This document shows positions 57,119 through 64,000 of a stretch of 64,000 nucleotides of DNA, piece by piece. The notes under the pieces are model-generated. The model did no database searches. It saw only the letters and a list, made by a program, of their open reading frames with translations, and had not been told where the DNA came from. The stretch is from Fibrobacteria bacterium (GTDB lineage Bacteria; Fibrobacterota; Chitinivibrionia; Chitinivibrionales; FEN-1185): NCBI GenBank assembly GCA_037447435.1, contig JBBIGR010000017.1:1-64000 (forward strand), given 5' to 3'. A program made the translations under genes and the position numbers. Position 1 is the first letter of the stretch, and every line of letters begins with the position of its first letter.

Positions 57119-58873
57119 TCAATTAATTTCCAGCGATGCCAAATATCGAAACATCGTGCTCCGGCTCATACCCAAAAGCTGCGCAGTTTTTTCTTTATTC
57201 CCTTGGCAATGGAGAAGTGCTTTTGATATAAAATCTCTTTGAAACGCATTAGTGGCTTTATTGAGATCGAATTCAACATTTATGTCCTGGTTGCGATAAT
57301 GGTCGGATATATCGGCTAATACATTCGTCGATGTGACGACCGCTTTATGGACGGCATTTGATAATTCCCGAACATTGCCAGGCCATTCATAGTGCCTAAT
57401 GAACCGCAATGTATCTTCCGAAAAATCGATTACCCCTTTTGCCGGATATTCGCGCTTATATTTTTCCAGAAAAAAATATGCCAGCATCACGGAGTCATCC
57501 TGACGTTCTCGAAGAGAAGGAATATGGATCGTGAATTGATTTAATCGATAAAAAAGATCCTGTCGGAACGCTCCTTTTTTAACCATATCGGTTAGTTTTT
57601 TATTTGTTGCGCAAATGACGCGAACATCCACATCCTTTTCATGGGAAGATCCTACCGGTCTGATTACGCCGGATTCCAACGTTCGTAACAATTTGGCTTG
57701 CGTTTCCAAAGGCATTTCACCAATTTCGTCGAGGAAAATTGTTCCTCCATCTGCGGTCTCAAAAAGCCCCAGATGGTCATTTGTTGCACCTGTAAATGCT
57801 CCCTTTTTATGTCCGAACAATTCCGACTCCAAAAGATTCCCTTGCAGAGAACTGCAATTGACGACAACGTAATTGCCGGCAGAGCGACGGCAATTGTCAT
57901 GAATTCCCTTCGCAATGACGTCTTTACCGGTTCCGGTTTCACCTTCAAGCAAAACTGAAATGTCGGATTCGGAAGCAAAATTCATCAACTTGAAAATTTC
58001 CTTCATTGCAGGAGATTGGCCGATAATCCCATTGGTTTTTGAGAAACTTAAAAGTTTTTGTATACTGGCATCTTGGCTTTCTATTAGATCGACATGACCG
58101 ACAAGCAGCCCCGCTATTAATGAAAAAAGCTGCAAATGTTGCAGGTCTTTTTCGGAATATGAAAAAGAAGTGTTTGTTGATCCGAGATAGGCAATTCCGA
58201 TTTCTTTCTTTGCAGCTCGTATTGGGCAGCAAATAACCGATGATAGTTTTAGGTCTGATACGCTTTTTGAAAGTGAAAACGCCGGATCGGACAATGCGTT
58301 AGGAATGCAAATGCCTTTTCCTGTTTTTATCACCGATTGAACTATCGTGTCACTGAATTGTTCATTGGGATCGTCGCTAGAGGATGAAACAAAAACCTTG
58401 GGATTTCCATCGGAATCCAATGTAAAAATAAACGCATGCGTGCCGCCAATAGTGGCAATAAAAATTTCCATAGTCTTTTTCAGCAGCGTTTTTACATCAC
58501 GCTCACAATACAATGAATCGGAAAAAAAAGAAAGATTCTGAAGCATTTTGCCGGATTCGTCGGGCTGCTCGACGGAAAACGAACCGGATTTTACTTGTGC
58601 TAATTTAAAATTGCTCGAACCGATCGACACGCAATCTCCGGGAAGAATTTGGGCCTTTTTAAATTTTAAACCGTTCAACTTAACCATAGATGAATTCAGG
58701 AGATTTTCTACGGTACAATCCGCTTTATTAACGTTTAGGCGAACCGCGATATCCGGCACATTCTGTTCATCGACGATGATATCGTTACCAGGTTCCGCTC
58801 CAAGCAAGAACGCCTGCGACCGTATGATAATTTCTTCTTCCCTGTTTTCGCAATACCGTATAAGTTTATACAT
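57119..58873 (-). CDS. Sigma-54 enhancer-binding protein (FHA-like, GAF, AAA+, HTH)
   Basis: GETGTGKD, ESELFGH, GAFTGA, FLDEIGE, WPGNVREL, Fis-type HTH; GAF SVICCPI..IGIAYL. Confidence 0.93.
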   Translation of the reverse strand: MYKLIRYCENREEEIIIRSQAFLLGAEPGNDIIVDEQNVPDIAVRLNVNKADCTVENLLNSSMVKLNGLKFKKAQILPGDCVSIGSSNFKLAQVKSGSFSVEQPDESGKMLQNLSFFSDSLYCERDVKTLLKKTMEIFIATIGGTHAFIFTLDSDGNPKVFVSSSSDDPNEQFSDTIVQSVIKTGKGICIPNALSDPAFSLSKSVSDLKLSSVICCPIRAAKKEIGIAYLGSTNTSFSYSEKDLQHLQLFSLIAGLLVGHVDLIESQDASIQKLLSFSKTNGIIGQSPAMKEIFKLMNFASESDISVLLEGETGTGKDVIAKGIHDNCRRSAGNYVVVNCSSLQGNLLESELFGHKKGAFTGATNDHLGLFETADGGTIFLDEIGEMPLETQAKLLRTLESGVIRPVGSSHEKDVDVRVICATNKKLTDMVKKGAFRQDLFYRLNQFTIHIPSLRERQDDSVMLAYFFLEKYKREYPAKGVIDFSEDTLRFIRHYEWPGNVRELSNAVHKAVVTSTNVLADISDHYRNQDINVEFDLNKATNAFQRDFISKALLHCQGNKEKTAQLLGMSRSTMFRYLASLEIN

Positions 58874-58875
58874 GA

Positions 58876-59865
58876 TTAAAATACCAGCGTCCCTTTATGA
58901 ATTGTAAAATTATTCCATGCGCACGATCTTGTTTCCTGCCTGTTATCAACAATCATGCGTAAGTGGAAAAAGAGATTGTTATTAACCGGAAAATTCAACT
59001 TGTTAAGAGTGTCTTGATCGGTATTTCCCATTGAAGAATATATAAAATGCATTGTCGAATCGGTTTTTGAAAGCCATAAAACGCCTGAAAAATAGTCACG
59101 AACCGTGCTCGAAACTTGCCCATTTATACTTTTGCATTTTATTTCAGTGCTCGCATTTATTGCGGACAAATATATGCCCGCGACGTCTCCTGCCCATTTG
59201 CCGGTATCGTCGGTCGTTGAAACGAAAAACCCGCATTCATATCCATTTTTAAAAAATTCGAGAAGGGAGAATTCTATGCTGCAGGTAAAATCCCCTTTCA
59301 CGGTAAAATTGCTTCGAATACCTGTTTTACAGGCAGCGGCCGTCGAAACATCCGCCTGAAAAATAAATTGCAAGGTCGCATCTGCGGTGCTGATAAAACT
59401 TCTTTTTATTACGGATCCTGTGTCAAGAATGCTATAAAATTTCCAGCCGTTTATTGGGAACAAATCGAACGTTTCGATATATTTTTTCTTAAAATCATAT
59501 TCGATCGGGCATTTTCCGCCTTGCTGATCCACGACGTCGAACCGGCCCGAGAAATCGCCAAATTGACAACCGGGATAAAACAACAGAACCGTTTTGGTCC
59601 CCAACGTTTTTTCAACAAGCCTACTCGTTCCTATCCATGCGTTTGAAACCGAAACGATGCTGTCGTTAAGGTCTGATATGGAAATTGAATCTATTAAGCT
59701 ATCGGGGTAATAAATCGATTTGTTTAATACGGAATTGGCTGCGACAATTGCAGGAGTATTGTTGTTGAGAGGTATGTTTGTATTATGATAACAGCTTAAA
59801 AACCCGGCACCCAGAAGAATAGGCGCGCATATAAAATAAACTGTAAATTTAAAATTCATATACAA
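58876..59865 (-). CDS. Hypothetical lipoprotein (beta-sandwich, lectin-like C-domain)
   Basis: Lipobox GFLSC; beta-rich; FTVKGDFTCSIEF. Confidence 0.62.
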   Translation of the reverse strand: MYMNFKFTVYFICAPILLGAGFLSCYHNTNIPLNNNTPAIVAANSVLNKSIYYPDSLIDSISISDLNDSIVSVSNAWIGTSRLVEKTLGTKTVLLFYPGCQFGDFSGRFDVVDQQGGKCPIEYDFKKKYIETFDLFPINGWKFYSILDTGSVIKRSFISTADATLQFIFQADVSTAAACKTGIRSNFTVKGDFTCSIEFSLLEFFKNGYECGFFVSTTDDTGKWAGDVAGIYLSAINASTEIKCKSINGQVSSTVRDYFSGVLWLSKTDSTMHFIYSSMGNTDQDTLNKLNFPVNNNLFFHLRMIVDNRQETRSCAWNNFTIHKGTLVF

Positions 59866-60637
59866 AAGTAATTTCCGGAAAACCGGTTATTTGAAGGCTG
59901 ATTTTCTTTTGGTTTAAAAAGGTTTTTTCATATTTATAAAACAACAAAGATCCTCCGATTATCGATAATGCCGATGCTGCGATGTAAATAGTCGTATAGG
60001 TATCTTCGTCATTTACTTGTGTTTTCAAACTGTTGTATTCTTGCAAATTTCCATTGGAAGCGGCGTTGGTAAATTCCGTAAAACTTTCCTTTGACTTTTT
60101 GTATTCAAAAAAGCCTTCTATTCCGGTAACAATCCCCGTTAGAACGCAGACACCCGAAGCTGCTAAAAAATACGTTTGTGAAATTGTCTGTTTTTCTTTT
60201 TTCAAATTTAATTTCGAAGTCATTATGGCAATGTCTTTTTGTTTTAATAATGAATCCTGCCTCATTTTTTCAATCAGATTCTTTTTATACTCCTCTTTTG
60301 CAGAGTAAAAAACATCCTGAATTGTTTTGGAAATATATTGAGAATCTATCGTGACCGATGAATCCAAAACCAATGCATTGGAAAAAATTATTCTTGCTTC
60401 CGAAATTCTGCCTTTTGCCGAATACGCAACGCCAAGGATCTTGAAATAAAAGGAATTTTCTTTATCCGCAACCGTCAAAGCATGGTTTTTTACCAAAGGC
60501 TCTAAAATTTGAATAATGCTGTCATATTCTCCCCATTTAAAATGATTATCGATTTTAGAGAAAGAAAATTGCTCTGCAGCATAGGTGTTCATTCCGAAAA
60601 GGAGTATTATAAATAGTAATTTGTCAAAACGTTTCAT
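59849..60637 (-). CDS. Exported TPR-like protein with C-terminal hydrophobic segments
   Basis: Signal peptide; LGVAYSAKGRISEARIIFSNAL TPR motif; two hydrophobic helices. Confidence 0.65.
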   Translation of the reverse strand: MKRFDKLLFIILLFGMNTYAAEQFSFSKIDNHFKWGEYDSIIQILEPLVKNHALTVADKENSFYFKILGVAYSAKGRISEARIIFSNALVLDSSVTIDSQYISKTIQDVFYSAKEEYKKNLIEKMRQDSLLKQKDIAIMTSKLNLKKEKQTISQTYFLAASGVCVLTGIVTGIEGFFEYKKSKESFTEFTNAASNGNLQEYNSLKTQVNDEDTYTTIYIAASALSIIGGSLLFYKYEKTFLNQKKISLQITGFPEITFVYEF

Positions 60638-60670
60638 ACATTTTAATCGATAACCCGGGGAATTTAACAA

Positions 60671-62257
60671 TCAAGGGTTGGGAGATAATTGTATCCGTTT
60701 CTCGATTGTATCATTTGTATTGCAATCTATAGAAAATTCGACTTTTTGAAAACCATCCTTTTGAATCGAAACGGTATGGTTGCCTACGGAAACAATCGCA
60801 AAAGAAATTGTCGGATATTCTCCGACAAAAATTCCGTCGACAGAAATTTTTGTCCATGGCGGATTTGTTTTAATATATACAATCGCATTACCGTTTTTTT
60901 TCATTTTTGTAGAATCCACACTTGTAAGTATTGCGTTGTCGTTGTTTTTATCAACAAAGACCGGCGCAGCGGCATTTGATCGAACGATCTCGCTTTTTAC
61001 ATGGAATTTGTCGCCAGGATTGATTCTTTCGTTTTGCACCGGTATCGTTTTTTGCGGGACATTCACGGATTCAATTCTTGTCGAATCACCGTGCTTTAGG
61101 ATACCGTTGTTGACCAATGCAGTATTATGATTGTCAAAGCGCTTCGTATGCGACCTGAAAAACAACAAGCTCGCTATCGCACAAAAAAGGAAGCACGTTC
61201 CTAAAAAAAACAACCGTTTGTTCTTATTGCCCTTGCCGGCTTTATACAATATTTTTTTTTCAAACTCGCTGACAGTCCCAAAACACGATGCGATTGACAA
61301 TTCTTTTATTGCAATAGCCTTATTTTTTCTTTTAAAACTTTCCTTGGCTTTTCCGTGGAAATGATTAAACAATTCTTCATCTTCCAGAATTTTATATTGA
61401 GTACTGTTTTCAATCAATCCGGTTATCCGGTTCCTGGAAACGGTCATTTTTTCGGAAATCCGGAAACTTTCCATGATAGAACAACACTCTGCTGCAGAAG
61501 GACGATCTTGAGGATCTTTTTTTAAACACCTATCAATAATATTCGACAAATCCGGTAATATCTTTTGGTTCTTCATAAAAACGGGGGCCGGTTGACACGA
61601 TTCTATGGCATGGAACACATGGTTGATGGTTTCTCCGGCAAATGCAGGTTCCCCGGTCGCGCACATATAGGCAACAAGACCGGCGGAAAAAACATCGGTT
61701 TTTTCCGTTACTCTTTTTCCGGCAACCTGTTCGGGCGACATGAAATTCGGCGAACCCATAAATGAACCCGTCATGGTCATCGAGTCGTTACCCATAAGAT
61801 GCGCTATCCCAAAATCCATTATCTTTAAATAACCATTATTATCAATCATCAAATTGGAAGGTTTAATGTCTCTATGACATATTCCCTTGCCATGTGCTTC
61901 TTTCAAGCCCGAAAACAATTGATGGCAAATTGAGAGAATAACAAGATTAGGGATTGGAGCAAATTTTCTGATAAATTCAAGCAAAGTGTTGCCGCTTAAA
62001 TATTCCATAACCAGAAAACATTTTTCATCGGTAATTCCAAAATCAAATATTTTTACTATGTTTTCATGGGATAATGCCGCAATTGCCGACGCTTCATTTT
62101 CAAATCTTTTTCTTGCTTTTTCACTTTCAGCAAGATGCGGATGCAACACTTTCATCGCAATTTCGCGACCGAGGATTTTGTCATGCGCCAGATACACGAC
62201 AGCCATCCCGCCGCTGCCGATTTTCCGTTTGGTAACATAACGCAGTTTGTCGTCCAT
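60671..62257 (-). CDS. Membrane Ser/Thr kinase with extracytoplasmic PEGA domain
   Basis: GSGGMA, HRDIKPSN, DFG, GSPNFMSPE, TM, TNPPWTKISVDG..GNHTVSIQKDGF. Confidence 0.92.
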   Translation of the reverse strand: MDDKLRYVTKRKIGSGGMAVVYLAHDKILGREIAMKVLHPHLAESEKARKRFENEASAIAALSHENIVKIFDFGITDEKCFLVMEYLSGNTLLEFIRKFAPIPNLVILSICHQLFSGLKEAHGKGICHRDIKPSNLMIDNNGYLKIMDFGIAHLMGNDSMTMTGSFMGSPNFMSPEQVAGKRVTEKTDVFSAGLVAYMCATGEPAFAGETINHVFHAIESCQPAPVFMKNQKILPDLSNIIDRCLKKDPQDRPSAAECCSIMESFRISEKMTVSRNRITGLIENSTQYKILEDEELFNHFHGKAKESFKRKNKAIAIKELSIASCFGTVSEFEKKILYKAGKGNKNKRLFFLGTCFLFCAIASLLFFRSHTKRFDNHNTALVNNGILKHGDSTRIESVNVPQKTIPVQNERINPGDKFHVKSEIVRSNAAAPVFVDKNNDNAILTSVDSTKMKKNGNAIVYIKTNPPWTKISVDGIFVGEYPTISFAIVSVGNHTVSIQKDGFQKVEFSIDCNTNDTIEKRIQLSPNP

Positions 62258-62266
62258 TCGTAATCC

Positions 62267-62974
62267 TTATTTCACTGCGCAAATACAAATTCTTCTTTTT
62301 GCCAAATTTCCGATGCCGGGGATAAAAATGAGCAGTTTCTCCAATATGTTAAAAACGGGAATGTGGGTTGGTTCGAAATAGGCTTCCTTAATTGTAAAAC
62401 CGCACTTTTGCAAGAGAGCAAGATACTCTTTCATCGAACGAAGCCCGATATGCGATTTATCTTCTTTAAGAATGATATTGTGTTTTTTCAATTTTTCGAA
62501 CAAATGGGAATAATTCGGCGTATAGATGATAAACTTGCCGCCCCTTTTTAAAATCCTGAACACTTCCGAGACCGTAGGCAGGAGAAATTGGTCATCAAGA
62601 TGTTCGGTGAAATCAACAGCTGCAACCCCATCGAACGACGCTTCCTTTAATCCGATGTTTCTGCTGTCGCAACAAATCCCTTTAAACTGTTTCTGAGGAA
62701 ATTCTTGTTTGAAATTTTCTTTTGCTATTGCCAACGAATGTTTTGAATAATCGATGCCGGTAATATTTACGCCGGCTTTTGATAATGCTGTCATAATGGT
62801 CCCGACACCCGATCCCAAATCGACCACAGCGTCTGCTTGGCGCGGTTGTAACAGAGAAAATACCCTTTTAAGCTTTATCCTCGTAAACCTGTTGCCGTGT
62901 TTTAATCGGGCGACATGCTTTTGATAATAGTCGGTATCGTAATATTCCTTTGTAATTTCAGGATTGTTCGACAT
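62267..62974 (-). CDS. Class I SAM-dependent methyltransferase
   Basis: VDLGSGVG, GIDYS, FTEHL, LKRGG..YTPN; start moved to MSNNPE to avoid overlap. Confidence 0.85.
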   Translation of the reverse strand: MSNNPEITKEYYDTDYYQKHVARLKHGNRFTRIKLKRVFSLLQPRQADAVVDLGSGVGTIMTALSKAGVNITGIDYSKHSLAIAKENFKQEFPQKQFKGICCDSRNIGLKEASFDGVAAVDFTEHLDDQFLLPTVSEVFRILKRGGKFIIYTPNYSHLFEKLKKHNIILKEDKSHIGLRSMKEYLALLQKCGFTIKEAYFEPTHIPVFNILEKLLIFIPGIGNLAKRRICICAVK

Positions 62975-63008
62975 AGAATTGTAGCCTTGATAAAATCCAT
63001 TTAATAGA

Positions 63009-63722
63009 TTAAGAGCGTTTTTCCGGCTTTTGAAAAACCATGTATACCGCTCTTGAAAATAAATACTCCAATTTAAAAATCCCCTTGTATTCAAATACGA
63101 AATTTTCTTTGTAGAACCGTAACAAGAAAAACAACGCTTTATTTAACAAATTAAAAATCAGTCCCGGAAAAACCGGTAGAGATCCGTAAATAAACCGCTT
63201 ACGAATGATATTCAACCCCGAATCTTTCGCAAGTTGGGAAAGTCTATTGGCGGTTATCGGATACCCATGAGAATAATCTGCGTCATAAAAAAGTTTTTTC
63301 ATATCGTTAAAATCCGGCGCTATTACAAGAAAAATTCCGCCCGGCAGTAACACTCTCTGAACTTCAGAGAAAAAACCGCATGCATGCATGTGGTCGGGCA
63401 TATGTTCCAAAACATGCGTGGCCACGACCGCCATTTGGGAATTATCGGATTCCAAGAGCGGCGGGACATACGATTCGCGAACTACGATATCATGTTTTCG
63501 CAATTCAGCAGCCAAAGCCGGACTGGCCTCATAGGCGGTATATGCGCGAACGGATTTGAGTTTATCGGCAACCCGGCCTTCGCCAGGGCCTATCTCAATA
63601 ACGGGATCATTATCTTCTGTATAGCGCAATGCCTCTTTTGCAACAAAATCGGCAAAATAAGTGTTTAGCCACTGTCCCAACCGGCTTACTTTGCGAACTT
63701 TATAATAATTTGAATACGCCAT
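63009..63722 (-). CDS. Class I SAM-dependent methyltransferase
   Basis: IEIGPGEG, HVLEHM, RVLLPGG. Confidence 0.85.
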   Translation of the reverse strand: MAYSNYYKVRKVSRLGQWLNTYFADFVAKEALRYTEDNDPVIEIGPGEGRVADKLKSVRAYTAYEASPALAAELRKHDIVVRESYVPPLLESDNSQMAVVATHVLEHMPDHMHACGFFSEVQRVLLPGGIFLVIAPDFNDMKKLFYDADYSHGYPITANRLSQLAKDSGLNIIRKRFIYGSLPVFPGLIFNLLNKALFFLLRFYKENFVFEYKGIFKLEYLFSRAVYMVFQKPEKRS

Positions 63723-64000
63723 TTTTCCCCTTAGAAATTGATTATAAATATATATTTAGCTCGCTGGTGAAAGAGTCGCCGCATATTTTAAATGAATTGA
63801 AAACATTGCTTTAAAAGGAGTATTTTGAAATCAGGCGATTCGTGCAAAACATCTACTATTTTTTTGTTAAAGGCCGATCATTATTAAAAAAACATTTTTA
63901 AAAATCCTCAGATTAATCATTTCAATCGTTCCTGTCATTTGGATTTTCTCAACCATTAACTGGTCTCAAATGGGTCGTGCGGTTGCCACGATTCGATGGT

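Noticed and set aside
62267..63722. Methyltransferase pair as part of the kinase/sigma-54 module or a defence system
   Set aside because: They resemble generic small-molecule or glycan methyltransferases with no DNA-MTase motifs; co-orientation alone does not show a functional link
63956..64000. Possible 3' end of an upstream minus-strand CDS (TIESWQPHDPFETS*)
   Set aside because: Too short to support at the window edge

Overview
Bacterial chromosomal segment (about 40% GC by eye), densely coding. It comes from a diderm (lpxK, TonB-dependent receptor, PorU-like C25 protein). The secreted vWA, LamG and dockerin proteins with FlgD-Ig/T9SS-like C-termini are most consistent with Fibrobacterota (Chitinivibrionia/Chitinispirillaceae-like); this taxonomy is inference. 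Main contents: (1) a GTAG-type REP hairpin cluster; (2) gmk, an FHA-FHA-ABC exporter and a Ser/Thr kinase; (3) a cobalamin-riboswitch operon btuF-btuD-btuC-cbiR-cobU-cobT-cobS-iscS plus btuR/cobA, for cobamide salvage and remodelling; (4) a small gene with a near-consensus sigma-28 promoter; (5) a dif-like XerCD site at 17839-17866 in an AT-rich gap, probably the replication terminus; (6) rpmE-DUF1385-prfA-prmC-lpxK, SH3 proteins and a PorU-like C25 peptidase; (7) comEC, partner-switching genes and gcvT-H-PA-PB; (8) TPM-NTase-LemA and pfp. The most novel-looking element is at the right end. A Ser/Thr kinase, TPR protein, lipoprotein and FHA-GAF sigma-54 activator sit directly upstream of a sigma-54 promoter that drives a secreted LamG-cohesin-dockerin-cohesin-CTD protein. 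No rRNA, tRNA, CRISPR array or transposase was recognised. All domain calls are by eye from motifs; no searches were run.
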